A stretch of 64,000 bases of DNA from Macrostomum hystrix (GCA_950097015.1 CATNEN010000024.1:5890001-5954000), one strand, 5' to 3'. Shown: positions 37,801 through 51,128, numbered from the stretch's first letter. Program-made: numbers and translations. Notes: a model not told the origin generated them from the letters alone.

Positions 37801-40800
37801 TGCGTGTTAAACTAAACTGCTCTAGCGAGAATGGTTGGATGTTTGTACAATCAGTGCAAGCAGCCGATTGGAGTAGATAAGAGAGGAGAGAAGGGGGAAC
37901 GGATAGGATAGTAATAGAGAGTAGACGAGAAGGGGTGGAGAGGATAGGATAGGAATAGAGAGGAGACGAGAAGGGGTGGAGAGGATAGGATAGGAATAGA
38001 GAGGAGACGAGAAGGAAAGGAGAGGATAGGATAGGAATAGAGAGGAGACGAGAAGGAAAGGAGAGGATAGGATAGGAATAGAGAGGAGACGAGAAGGAAA
38101 GGAGAGGATAGGATAGGAATAGAGAGGAGACGAGAAGGAAAGGAGAGGATAGGAATAGAGAGGAGACGAGAAGGAAAGGAGAGGATAGGATAGGAATAGA
38201 GAGGAGACGAGAAGGGGAGGAGAGGATAGGATAGGAATAGAGAGGAGACGAGAAGGGGAGGAGAGGATAGGATAGGAATAGAGAGGAGACGAGAAGGAAA
38301 GGAGAGGATAGGATAGGAATAGAGAGGAGACGAGAAGGGGAGGATAAGAATAGAGAGGAAATGAGAAGGGGAGGAGAGGATAGGATAGGAATAGAGAGGA
38401 GACGAGAAGGGGAGGAGAGGATAGGATAGGAATAGAGAGGAGACGAGAAGGAAAGGAGAGGATAGGATAGGAATAGAGAGGAGATGAGAAGGAAAGGAGA
38501 GGATAGGATAGGAATAGAGAGGAGATGAGAAGGAAAGGAGAGGATAGGATAGGAATAGAGAGGAGACGAGAAGGAAAGGAGAGGATAGGATAGGAATAGA
38601 GAGGAGACGAGAAGGGGAGGATGAGAATAGAGAGGAAATGAGAAGGGGAGGAGAGGAAATGAGAAGGGGAGGAGAGGAATAGAGGAGACGAGAAGGGGAG
38701 GAGAGGAATAGAGGAAATGAGAAGGGGAGGAGAGGAATAGAGGAAATGAGAAGGGGAGGAGAGGAATAGAGGAAATGAGAAGGGGAGGAGAGGAATAGAG
38801 GAGACGAGAAGGGGAGGAGAGGATAGGAGAGCGAAAGAAAAGAGGTGAGAGGAGGAAATGAGAGAAGAGGAGACGGAAGAAGGAGATGAGAGGAGAGGAG
38901 AAGAACGGAGAGGGGAGAAGGAGACAAGAGGGAGAGGAAAGGAAGGGAGGAGACGAGGTGAATATTTTGGCTGGGGTTGTACAACTTGGATGGGCGCAGG
39001 AGTGTATGTAAGCTGTTTATCCCAACAACGGCGCCATCTATAGAGTTCATTTCCTTCAGTGACTGTGGAAGCGTAAAGAAGAGGAAGGGGCTGAGTGTTA
39101 TTAGGGAAAACACAGCATGCGTGGGACATGACTCCCATGCAGGCCAGTCGCAGTCCAGGTTGTCCAATTTGCCGGTGCAAGAGCGGATCCCCTCTCATAA
39201 TTAAAGGCCATTTTCTGTGCGGCAGACGGGTGCTGTAGTGGTTGCCGGGCATGGGGACCGACCCGCTTTAATTTCCGCTAATGCCAGCAGCAGCAAAACC
39301 TGTTGGCCAGTTGACAAAGCAGCCCCAAACCCAAGCCAGATAGAAGCAGAACTCATTAGCACTGAAAGCAGTACTAAGAAATTAGTTTTGAAAATTACTT
39401 TAACTTTTAGTCTTCGCTATCTTTTTTTAAATGGGATTCTGGATCCAGTCGTTTGTATTTAAATACGGCAGTCAAAGATAAAAGCATTTCAGTGTCTAAT
39501 TCGAGGCATTTTCTGCTGCTTTTGATAGCTGAATTTTCGTCAAAGGCAATGAAAATAGTCACATTTGGTAGAGGTATGTATGATTACGTTTTAAATTTTG
39601 ACTGTCATGCGCGTTTAAGCTACTGATTTTACTACTGACTTAAAAAAGCTTAATAATATTATAAAGATCGAGACCTCACCGAGTTGAAAAGCGCCGGCTA
39701 GATCGCCGCACACCTGGGCCACGTCGGGATTGGCCGACCAGCCGGACGGGTAGAGCAGGCAGGTGAGCAGTATGCAGGCCGCTGTGGGTGGCCAATGAGG
39801 AATATGAATGCTATATTTATCCCAGGATGGGAAAACTGGTCGACTTTCAGTTTTCATTTCGCATTTTCTAAGTTATTTTAGAGTTAGAAGTAGATTTTAA
39901 AATGGGTGACAAAAAGCTCGATCATAGATTCGACTGGGTAGATATTTCTGGATGCATGTGGTTGGATAGATATTTCTGGGTAGATGTGGTTGTATAGATA
40001 TTTCTGGATGGATGTGGTTGGATAGATATTTCTGGGTAGATGTGGTTGTATAGATATTTCTGGATAGATGTGGTTGTATAGATATATCTGGGTAGATGTG
40101 GTTGGATAGATATTTCTGAATAGATGTGGTTGCATAGATATTTCTGGGTAGATGTGGTTGTATAGATATTTCTGGATAGATGTGGTTGTATAGATATTTC
40201 TGGATAGATGTGGTTGGATAGATATTTCTGGATAGATGTGGTTGTATAGATATATCTGGATAGATGTGGTTGTATAGATATTTCTGAATAGATGTGGTTG
40301 CATAGATATTTCTGGGTAGATGTGGTTGTATAGATATTTCTGGATAGATATGGTTGTATAGATATTTCTGGATAGATGTGGTTGGATAGATATTTCTGGA
40401 TAGATGTGGTTGTATAGATATATCTGGATAGATGTGGTTGTATAGATATTTCTGGATAGATGTGGTTGTATAGATATTTCTGGGTAGATGTGGTTGGATA
40501 GATATTTCTGGATAGATATGGTTGTATAGATATTTCTGGGTAGATGTGGCTGTATAGATATTTCTGAATAGATGTGGTTGCATAGATATTTCTGGATAGA
40601 TGTGGTTGTATAGATATTTCTGGATAGATGTGGTTGGATAGATATTTCTGGATAGATGTGGCTGTATAGATATTTCTGGATAGATGTGGTTGGATAGATA
40701 TTTCTGGATAGATGTGGTTGTATATATATTTCTGGGTAGATGTGGTTGGATAGATATTTCTGGATAGATGTGGTTGTATATATTTCTGGGTAGATGTGGT

Positions 40801-43800
40801 TGGATAGATATTTCTGGATAGATGTGGTTGGATAGATATTTCTGGATAGATGTGGTTGTATAGATGTTGCTGGATAGATGTGGTTGTATAGATGTTGCTG
40901 GATAGATGTGGTTGTATAGATGTTGCTGGATAGATGTGGTTGTATAGATATTTCTGGGTAGATGTGGTTGGATAGATATTTCTGGATAGATGTGGTTGTA
41001 TAGATGTTGCTGGATAGATGTGGTTGTATAGATATTTCTGGGTAGATGTGGTTGTATAGATATTTCTGGGTAGATGTGGTTGGATAGATATTTCTGGATA
41101 GATGTGGTTGGATAGATGTGAGTAAATAGTTACTGTTGCCGTTCTATTCTCACGGTATCAACAGTAAAATTAAAGGAAATCTTTAAAAAATGATTAGGCA
41201 ACTCTGTATCCCTAGTCCTAACGACAAATTAATATCCGACAGATATTGTGTCGAGATGAGACAGATAATAAAAAGTCTGCTCATCGGGCCATTGAACAGG
41301 AGGCTGAATGAGCTGCGTTGAGCAGTCAAGCTGAGCCCAGCTGGGCCCGAAGTCCAGCTCTGCTAAAAGAACATTAACTATTCATGAACAATGCCTTGCT
41401 GCTGCCGCCGCCGCTGTTGCTTCTTCTGTCTGCACACAAAACTTCCAATTTAGATGCTTGCTTGCATCCAAGAAAAAAGCTAACATTGTTTAGCCACTTC
41501 CCAGTCTCCAAGCGCTATAGTTGCAATGCAAATTAATTAATTACTTCACAGAGCTGATTAATTATGCCAAACTGGACCTTAGCGGCTAGTGGTCATTTGG
41601 CAGTGCAGCTAGCTCGAGAGGAAATCCTCATGCGGACTCTAGTGCTAATGACGCTAGTCAGAAAGTGGGATTCATTCTTGGAAGGGGAAAAGTTTTCACT
41701 GTGGGATCTGGGATCAGGGAATGGGGAGCAGTTTTCAGTGTGGGATCAGGGAAAGGAGAACACTTCTCGGTGTGGGATCAGGGAAAGGGGAGCAGTTTTC
41801 AGTGTGGGATCAGGGAAAGGGGCACAGTTTTCAGTGTGGGATCAGAGAAAGGGGAGCAGTTTTCAGTGTGGGATCAGGGAAAGGGGAGCAGTTCTCAAAG
41901 TGGGATCAGGGAAAGGGGAGCAGTTCCCAATGTGGGATCAGGGAAAGTGGAGCAGTTTTCAGTGTGGGATCAGGGAAAGTGGAGCAGTTTTCAGTGTGGG
42001 ATCAGGGAAAGTGGAGCAGTTTTCAGTGTGGGATCAGGGAAAGGGGAGCAGTTCTCAAAGTGGGATCAGGGAAAGGGGAGCAGTTCCCAATGTGGGATCA
42101 GGGAAAGGGGAGCAGTTTTCAGTGTGGGATCAGGGAAAGTGGAGCAGTTTTCAGTGTGGGATCAGGGAAAGTGGAGCAGTTTTCAGTGTGGGATCAGGGA
42201 AAGGGGAGCAGTTCTCAAAGTGGGATCAGGGAAAGGGGAGCAGTTCCCAATGTGGGATCAGGGAAAGGGGAGCAGTTCCCAATGTGGGATCAGGGAAAGG
42301 GGAGCAGTTCCCAATGTGGGATCAGGGAAAGGGGAGCAGTTCCCAATGTGGGACCAGGGAAAGGGGAGCAGTTCCCAATGTGGGATCAGGGAAAGAGGAG
42401 CAGTTCCCAATGTGGGATCAGGGAAAGGGGAGCAGTTCCCAATGTGGGATCAGGGAAAGGGGAGCAGTTCCCAATGTGGGATCAGGGAAAGGGGAGCAGT
42501 TCCCAATGTGGGATCAGGGAAAGGGGAGCAGTTCCCAATGTGGGAACAGGGAAAGGGGAGCAGTTCCCAATGTGGGAACAGGGAAAGGGGAGCAGTTCCC
42601 AATGTGGGAACAGGGAAAGGGAGCATTTATCACTGACTGATAATGGACCTCTTGAAGATTTCAACTTTCAGCTTTCGTTCTGAAAATGTTCTAGCCAGCA
42701 TCGCCAGGCAAGCAAGCAGTGAGCACACATGCTGTGAGCACACATGCTGTGAGCACACATGAGATAGATGGCATTGAGAGAAGACAGAGCCAAGATCCAA
42801 TCGCGCACTCCAATTTGAATTTCATTGGATTGCTTCAACCTACTGCTCTGCTCCCAAGGGACTCGGCTAGGCGCGGCGCATGAGAAAAAGTATGGAAGGA
42901 AAATCCCATGATTGATGGTGCGCTTATCCCCACCCCCTCCACCGGCTGTTGGTTTTGGCTGGGCCCGCAACTGGATGGGATACCGGAGCTTTAGATTAGA
43001 AGAAATTATTTAACTTTACCAGGGGCTAAGGGGCAATAGCTGTGTACAACTGTTCAGTCCATGGACTGGATGTCACACCCACACTCAATTATCCCAGCCA
43101 ATGCTGGTACCCGTTTAACAGCTGGGTGAACGGAAGCAACGCAGAGCTAAGTGTATTGCTAGCTAAATGACACTAATTGTTCCAGTGGAGTCGGGAATCG
43201 AACCCCCGACCTTCAAGTCGTAAGTCCGTTGCTCGAACCAATGGGCTGCAAGTTGCCCAACTAACCAACTGAAATTCTTCTCCTTTACTCAGAAAAGTTT
43301 TATTTATTCCCATTCGTGATTTCCAAAATGCCGCCTAATTATTGGTTTCCTAATAAAAAGTAGTTTTTCCCACTCCGGCCCTTCATCTAGGCGTCAGTTT
43401 CTGATCCCCCCCAGGGAGCGGGAATCGAGCCTGCGAAGGAATTGGCGTGAGCACACCTCATGAGGCTGGCATTGCGGCACTGATTTGAGTTGCATTAGTT
43501 CGGGGAAGGCCCGAACTGGCACGCTCTTAGCTCCAGGTCCGAGCGAGTTCTTTTTCGCTTCCTTCGTTTGTTGCCGGGCGGGTCCGGGGGAAATCTCGGG
43601 CATTGCCGCAGGGAAGAAAATTAGAAGGCTTCTTTTCCATGCATTCTCATCTCCTCAGTCTCTTTGGGATAATTCTCCCATCCCACTTTGAGTCGTGTCC
43701 ATTCTTATCCCTGAAGGCATCCGAGCTGAGATTCAGGCAGCCGCGGCAACTGCCTCGGAGCTTCCAGGGCAGTCAACTCACTGCTCTGTGTGCTCACTCC

Positions 43801-45852
43801 AATCCCTGCTAGGCTGCTGTACTTTGTGAGGTTCGCTTTTGCCAACAACTATAGTTGTTGCGAAGTATAGTTTGCGAGATAAGCTAGTGTACGCTGGCTG
43901 ATTCGAATGACAGAATAGATTAGAACCCGTGCCTGATCCGATGCCTAATCCCATGCCTGATCCCATGCCTGATCCCATGCCTGATCCCATACCTGATCCC
44001 ATACCTGATCCCATGCTGGATCGCATGCCTGATCTCATTCCTGATCCCATGCTGGATCCCATGCTGGATCCCATGCTGGATCCCATGCTGGATCCCATGC
44101 TGGATCCCATGCTGGATCCCATGCTGGATCCCATGCTGGATCCCATGCTGGATCCCATGCTGGATCCCATGCTGGATACCATGCTGGATCCCATGCTGGA
44201 TCGCATGCCTGATCCCATGCCTGACCCCATGTCTGATCCCATGCCTAATCCAACGCATGATCCCATGCCTGATCCCATGCTGGATCCCATGCCTGATCCC
44301 ATGCCTGATCCCATGCCTAATACCATGCCTGATCCCATGCCTGATCCCATGCCTAATCCCATGCCTGATCCCATGCCTGATCCCATGCCTGATCCCATGC
44401 CTGATCCCATGCCTGATCCCATGCCTAATCCCATGCCTGATCCCATGCCTAATACCATGCCTGATCCCATGACCGAGTCGCAGGCAGCTCACCTCCGCAG
44501 CCCTGGGCCAGGCCACAGGCGGTCAGCACAGGCCGGATGCGCAGCACAGCCAGCCGGAAGCCGCTAAAAGCCAAGAAGAAAGTGAGCAGCAGGGTCAGGC
44601 AGCTGGCCGCCGCCATCAGGACGAAGGCCAGTCGCCAGGCAGGGCTGGGGATCTCGCTGAGGTGTCGATAGTGGCCGCAGTCCAGCACCAGCTCCACCCG
44701 GCCATCGGGTCCGAGGGCGGGATAGGCGCACAGCCGGAAGAGGCCCAGATCGCTGAGGTGACGCTGAGATGGTCGATGAGAGCCACCGACGGTAGCGGCC
44801 GCATCCCGGCTGCCTTTGAGCCAGTAAGGAAGGAGGAATGCGGCCGATGCCATCATGCTGCTTGCCCAGCACATAAACACCCAGCCGGCCCACAGACAGC
44901 GGAGCGGCTGCTGCGGCTGCTGCTGCTGTTGCTGCCGCTGAGCTGCTGATAAGGAGGAGCCGAGCACAGCGGCGAATTCGGAAGCAACAAGGCCGGTGTT
45001 GGCGACATTGGCCGCTGCTGATGCCCCAACTGATGCGGCCACTTTCTGCCGACGCTCCAACAGTTGAAGGGTCTTGCTGCAGTGTTGCTGCTGCTGCTGC
45101 TGCTGATGCTGATACTGATGCTGCTGATGCTGCTGATGGCTCCATGTATTGGATGCGCCGAAGGAAAGTGATACAAGGCTTCCAGTTGAGTATCTAGAAC
45201 AAAAAATATTATATATTTTAAGGAATAAATCTGCGACTGAACTTAAAGCACTGGTGATTTCTGCATAAAAATACGCTTATCCTCGTATAATTGCAGGAGG
45301 CTGCGGGCCATGGGACATAATTTGGTGACACCAGACCCGCAGCCAGCGAGGAGGCAATTCTGCCCATTTCGCTGACTCCTGAGCACACACGCACACAGCT
45401 ACCATTCGCAGGCACACGCTCACACAGGTGTGTACATCTGCCCTGACTTTCTCATTGTCAGGCAGTGTACACTCTCATTGTACCTTGCAGGTTGGCCCTC
45501 AAGGGCGTCAATTGCATGACAAGCCCCCAAGCCTTCTCTCCGCGGCTGCGCCCCAAATGAATGTTGCCTCGCTGCGGAATCGAGCTCAGGGACCTTGGTG
45601 CGAGAGGCAAACGCGTTAACCACTCTGCCACCGACCCCCGACCCCTCCGAAAATAGGCTTAGTAACGGTAAGAAAGTTTTACGCATACCTTGTGGGAGTC
45701 TGTTGCTGCTGTTGCTGCTGTCTCGGTGTCAAAATGTGCCTCGGCGGTGTTGGCGGCGGCGCCCGTAGATTTTCTGCTGATGCTGCCGCTGCCGCCGTGT
45801 CTTCAACTAGGAGAACGTCGTCATTGTCTTCGTCATCTTCCAGAGCCAGCAT
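28896..45852 (-). CDS. LHFPL/TMHS-family tetraspan membrane protein, 4 exons, about 425 aa, with a long low-complexity N-terminus
   Basis: Exons 45852-45689, 45193-44493, 39781-39680, 29206-28896 are phase-consistent (2,1,1) and total 1278 nt. Family motifs: FLLPYWLKG, GLFRLCAY, CGHYRHLSEIPSPAW, CLLYPSGW..PDVAQVCG..AGAFQLGRCQLGWAFVLA. The first exon is less certain than the other three. Confidence 0.88.
29235..37310. repeat. 8-kb 30-bp satellite (CCACAGGTTATAAACACACTCACCTACACT) with higher-order duplications
   Basis: About 270 copies including 29-bp variants, inside the last LHFPL intron, ending about 28 nt from the acceptor. Confidence 0.99.
37880..38830. repeat. 41-bp purine-rich minisatellite (GAGGATAGGATAGGAATAGAGAGGAGACGAGAAGGAAAGGA) grading into shorter units
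   Basis: About 23 copies in an LHFPL intron. Confidence 0.93.
39945..41118. repeat. 28-bp intronic minisatellite (GATAGATGTGGTTGTATAGATATTTCTG)
   Basis: About 42 copies. Confidence 0.96.
41698..42622. repeat. 32-bp intronic minisatellite (GTGGGATCAGGGAAAGGGGAGCAGTTCCCAAT)
   Basis: About 29 copies; unit variants change from left to right (TTTTCAGT to TTCCCAAT). Confidence 0.96.
43021..43260 (-). mobile_element. tRNA-derived SINE with CORE-like central domain
   Basis: The minus strand has an A-box-like CAGCCCATTGG and a B-box GGTTCGATTCC, followed by TTGCTTCCGTTCACCCAGCTGTTAAACGGGTACC, which resembles the CORE-SINE domain from memory. Confidence 0.6.
43930..44470. repeat. 12-bp minisatellite (ATGCCTGATCCC / ATGCTGGATCCC)
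   Basis: About 45 copies start about 20 nt inside the LHFPL donor at 44492. Confidence 0.96.
45415..45635 (-). mobile_element. tRNA-derived SINE-like element, copy B
   Basis: The minus strand begins GGTGGCAGAGTGGTTAACGCG (A-box TGGCAGAGTGG) and has a B-box-like GAGCTCGATTC. It is homologous to 28441-28603 and lies in LHFPL intron 1. Confidence 0.7.
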
Positions 45853-46469
45853 GATCTGTGGCTTCCAGTGGACGATTAGATAAATAATATTGGTATAATA
45901 TAGTATAAGCCTATATTATATTTGCAGAAACACATTGTTTGACATCCTGCAAAAATTCCAATTTAAACAGGTCAGTTTTTTCTGTACTTTGCACGGACAA
46001 AGCAAGGTTCAGCCTCCGTTTGATACACTTTCTTTGAAAGAAGGAAAATCAAACAAAGTCAGGTTGTGTGCTCAAGAAGGAGATTTTTATTTTCTAACTG
46101 GTCAACTGTTCTTTGCCCCCGCAGGTACGTCAGCCATTAGGCTAAGCTCATTTTCAAGCTAAGGGGAGTGTCAAATTTAACACCTACTGTATTGGAAACC
46201 CGCGCAGTCAATGTGGCTTCCTGTGGCACAATGTGACATGCTCTGATCAGCTTGGGCTAAATGTGTAACTGTCAGTGGGACAGGCGGGACTGCATGGATA
46301 CTAATGGAGCCACGCATCTTATTGGGGATCAGGCTCTGAGGATCGCGTACAGCAGATAGGACAGATGATTGATCGACAGGTAGGCCCGATGCAAATAACT
46401 CCATAGCTTCCTGACATTAGTCCAGACCCACATCTCCTCTTATCCCCTTCTCAACGACTACCCATTCTT

Positions 46470-46885
46470 ATATCTCCCCTTATCTTCTTCTCCCCCTCTC
46501 CCCTTATCTTCTTCTCCCCCTCTCCCCTTATCTTCTTCTGCCCTCTCCCCTTATCTTCTTCTCCCCTCTCCCCTTATCTTCTTCTCCCCTCTCCCCTTAT
46601 CTTCTTCTCCCCTCTCCCCTTATCTTCTTCTCCCCCTCTCCCCTTATCTTCTTCTGCCCTCTCCCCTTATCTTCTTCTCCCCTCTCCCCTTATCTTCTTC
46701 TCCCCTCTCCCCTTATCTTCTTCTCCCCTCTCCCCTTATCTTCTTCTCCCCCTCTCCCCTTATCTTCTTCTCCCCTCTCCCCTTATCTTCTTCTACCCTC
46801 TCCCCTTATCTTCTTCTGCCCTCTCCCCTTATCTTCTTCTCCCCTCTCCCCTTATCTTCTTCTGCCCTCTCCCCTTATCATCTTC
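46470..46885. repeat. 23/24-bp pyrimidine minisatellite (CTCCCCTTATCTTCTTCTCCCCT)
   Basis: About 17 copies. Confidence 0.93.
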
Positions 46886-47494
46886 TCCCCTTCACCCATT
46901 CTCCCCTTCTCCAAATTTCCAATTCTTGCTTTCTCCGAATTTTCCCAGTCTCGCCCTTCCTACTCTTCCCTTCTAACATTCTCACATTCTCGCATTCTCC
47001 CTATCTCTCATTTTCCCAGTCTTCCATTTCCCTATTCTCCCATTCTCGCAACAGAGATAGTGTAAGATACACAGAAAAAATATAGATCTCACCTCAGTAG
47101 GCAGACTTACGGGGTGAGAAGGTCAGTTGTATTGTGCCGAACCAAGAGAGGGGCCAGCAACAATGACTAGAGTTTAGATCTCTCAGTGTCCTGCTACGTG
47201 CATTATTGCTGACAGTCAGTTTTCGTCCTATAGCTCCCTAACTGGCTGGGATGGATGGGATCTTAATCTCCAAAGTGGCCAACAGCTATCCACCCAATCA
47301 TCGGAGGCCAAGCACTGCTCAGATGCTTTGGGAATGCAAAAAAGGCTGAACTTATTCCATCGGAAAGGTTTTGTAAAGTTTGCTTCTCCGTATGGGATCA
47401 TTGATCCTCGCCGTTATATATTCTCACCGTTTCTCAATCCTCACCGTTGTTTTTTGTCGAAATTGTCCAAACTTGATATTATCTATTCCATTCT

Positions 47495-48020
47495 CGCCGC
47501 TATCCATTCTCGCCGATTTCCATTCTCGCCGTTATCCATTCTTGCCGTTATCCATTCTCGCCGTTATCTATTCTCGTCGTTATCCAAATTTGCCGCTATC
47601 CATTCTCGCCGATTTCCATTCTTGCCATTATCCATTCTTACCGTTATCCATTCTCGCCGTTATCTATTCTCGCCGTTATCCAAATTTGCCGCTATCCATT
47701 CTCGCCGATTTCCATTCTTGCCATTATCCATTCTTGCCGTTATCCATTCTCGCCGTTATCTATTCTCGCCGCTATCCATTCTCGCCGTTATCCATTCTCG
47801 CCGTTATCCATTCTCGCCGTTATCTATTCTCGCCGTTATCCATTCTCGCCGTTATCCATTCTCGCCGTTATCCATTCTCGCCGTTATTTATTCTCGCCGT
47901 TATCCATTCTCGCCGATTTCCATTCTTGCCGTTATCCATTCTTGCCGTTATCCATTCTCGCCGTTATCTATTCTCGCCGTTATCCATTCTCGCCGTTATC
48001 CATTCTCGCCGTTATCCATT
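47495..48020. repeat. 16-bp minisatellite (TTCTCGCCGTTATCCA)
   Basis: About 32 copies. Confidence 0.93.
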
Positions 48021-48324
48021 CGGGCATGGGATCATGCGTCGGATTAGGTAGCATCCGGTATGCTACCTGTCCATCTGAATAAATTTGTAATCTCTTACTT
48101 GCACTGTGAATTGGCTTTCTTATTTTCCTCGGCTATTCACTGGAGTCAGTCCGGTGGAAATAATATTAATAAGTCTTCACCCACCAATCGATACTGTTTG
48201 ACCTTGACAGGCAATGCTGCACGAAATTCACGCAGGATTGCCTGGCTGAGCACTGACTGACAGACTGCACAGAATTAAGGTCGAAGAGAAATTCATTGTT
48301 TGGCTTAAAGCAGGGTTCAGAACT

Positions 48325-48670
48325 AGAATCGAAGCTGAATTGGAATCGAAGCTGAATTGGAATCGAAGCTGAATTGGAATCGAAGTTGAATTGGAATCGA
48401 AGCTGAATTGGAATCGAAGTTGAATTGGAATCGAAGCTGAATTGGAATCGAAGCTGAATTTGGAATCGAAACAGGATTTAGAATTTACAGTCGGTGTTAA
48501 ATTGGAATCGAAGCTGAATTGGAATCGAAGCTGAATTGGAATCGAAGCTGAATTGGAATCGAAGCTGAATTGGAATCGAAGCTGAATTGGAATCGAAGCT
48601 GAATTGGAATCGAAGCTGAATTGGAATCGAAGCTGAATTGGAATCAAAGTTGAATTGGAATCGAAGCTGA
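48325..48670. repeat. 17-bp minisatellite (GAAGCTGAATTGGAATC)
   Basis: About 18 copies interrupted by one 42-bp-type unit near 48465-48505. Confidence 0.92.
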
Positions 48671-51128
48671 ATTTGGAATCGAAGCAGGATTTAGAATTTA
48701 CAATCGGTGTTAAATTGGAATCGAAGCAGGATTTAGAATTTACAATCGGTGTTAAATTGGAATCGAAGCAGGATTTAGAATTTACAATCGGTGTTAAATT
48801 GGAATCGAAGCAGGATTTAGAATTTAGAATCGGTGTTAAATTGGAATCGAAGCAGGATTTAGAATTTAGAATCGGTGTTAAATTGGAATCGAAGCAGGAT
48901 TTAGAATTTACAATCGATGTTAAATTGGAATCGAAGCAGGATTTAGAATTTACAATCGGTGTTAAATTGGAATCGAAGCAGGATTTAGAATTTAGAATCG
49001 GTGTTAAATTGGAATCGAAGCAGGATTTAGAATTTACAATCGGTGTTAAATTGGAATCGAAGCAGGATTTAGAATTTACAATCGGTGTTAAACTGGAATC
49101 GAAGCAGGATTTAGAATTTACAATCGGTGTTAAACTGGAATCGAAGCAGCATTTAGAATTTAGAATCGGTGTTAAATTGGAATCGAAGCAGCATTTAGAA
49201 TTTACAATCGATGTTAAATTGGAATCGAAGCAGGATTTAGAATTTACAAACGGTGTTAAACTGGAATCGAAGCAGGATTTAGAATTTACAATCGGTGCTA
49301 AACTGGAATCGAAGCAGGATTTAGAATTTACAATCGGTGTTAAATTGGAATCGAAGCAGGATTTAGAATTTACAATCGGTGTTAAATTGGAATCGAAGCA
49401 GGATTTAGAATTTACAATCGGTGTTAAATTGGAATCGAAGCAGGATTTAGAATTTACAAACGGTGTTAAACTGGAATCGAAGCAGGATTTAGAATTTACA
49501 ATCGGTGCTAAACTGGAATCGAAGCAGGATTTAGAATTTACAATCGGTGTTAAATTGGAATCGATGCAGGATTTAGAATTTACAATCGGTGTTAAATTGG
49601 AATCGAAGCAGGATTTAGAATTTACAATCGGTGCTAAACTGGAATCGAAGCAGGATTTAGAATTTACAATCGGTGTTAAATTGGAATCGATGCAGGATTT
49701 AGAATTTACAATCGGTGTTAAATTGGAATCGAAGCAGGATTTAGAATTTACAATCGGTGTTAAATTGGAATCGAAGCAGGATTTAGAATTTACAAACGGT
49801 GTTAAACTGGAATCGAAGCAGGATTTAGAATTTACAATCGGTGTTAAATTGGAATCGAAGCAGGATTTAGAATTTACAATCGGTGTTAAATTGGAATCGA
49901 AGCAGGATTTAGAATTTACAAACGGTGTTAAACTGGAATCGAAGCAGGATTTAGAATTTACAATCGGTGTTAAATTGGAATCGAAGCAGGATTTAGAATT
50001 TACAATCGGTGTTAAACTGGAATCGAAGCAGGATTTAGAATTTACAATCGGTGTTAAATTGGAATCGAAGCAGGATTTAGAATTTACAATCGGTGCTAAA
50101 CTGGAATCGAAGCAGGATTTAGAATTTACAATCGGTGTTAAATTGGAATCGATGCAGGATTTAGAATTTACAATCGGTGTTAAATTGGAATCGAAGCAGG
50201 ATTTAGAATTTACAATCGGTGTTAGATTGGAATCGAAGCAGGATTTAGAATTTACAAACGGTGTTAAACTGGAATCGAAGCAGGATTTAGAATTTACTAT
50301 CGGTGTTAAATTGGAATCGAAGCAGGATTTAGAATTTACAATCGGTGTTAGATTGGAATCGAAGCAGGATTTAGAATTTACAAACGGTGTTAAACTGGAA
50401 TCGAAGCAGGATTTAGAATTTACAATCGGTGTTAAATTGGAATCGAAGCAGGATTTAGAATTTACAAACGGTGTTAAACTGGAATCGAAGCAGGATTTAG
50501 AATTTATAATCGGTGCTAAACTGGAATCGAAGCAGGATTTAGAATTTACAATCGGTGTTAAATTGGAATCGATGCAGGATTTAGAATTTACAATCGGTGT
50601 TAAATTGGAATCGAAGCAGGATTTAGAATTTACAATCGGTGTTAAATTGGAATCGAAGCAGGATTTAGAATTTACAAACGGTGTTAAATTGGAATCGAAG
50701 CAGGATTTAGAATTTACAATCGGTGTTAGATTGGAATCGAAGCAGGATTTAGAATTTAGAATCGGTGTTAAATTGGAATCGAAGCAGGATTTAGAATTTA
50801 CAATCGGTGTTAGATTGGAATCGAAGCAGGATTTAGAATTTACAATCGATGTTATATTGGAATCGAAGCAGGATTTAGAATTTACAATCGGTGTTAAATT
50901 GGAATCGAAGCAGGATTTAGAATTTACAATCGGTGCTAAACTGGAATCGAAGCAGGATTTAGAATTTACAATCGGTGTTAAATTGGAATCGATGCAGGAT
51001 TTAGAATTTACAATCGGTGTTAAATTGGAATCGAAGCAGGATTTAGAATTTACAATCGGTGTTAAATTGGAATCGAAGCAGGATTTAGAATTTACAATCG
51101 GTGTTAAATTGGAATCGAAGCAGGATTA
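48671..51128. repeat. 42-bp minisatellite (GGAATCGAAGCAGGATTTAGAATTTACAATCGGTGTTAAATT)
   Basis: About 58 copies with no indels; source of the 824-aa LESKQDLEFTIGVK ORF. Confidence 0.98.

Noticed and set aside
45560-45635. Functional tRNA genes at the SINE heads (also 43190-43250)
   Set aside because: A and B boxes are present, but the anticodon and acceptor stems do not pair properly and the sequence continues into repeat bodies.
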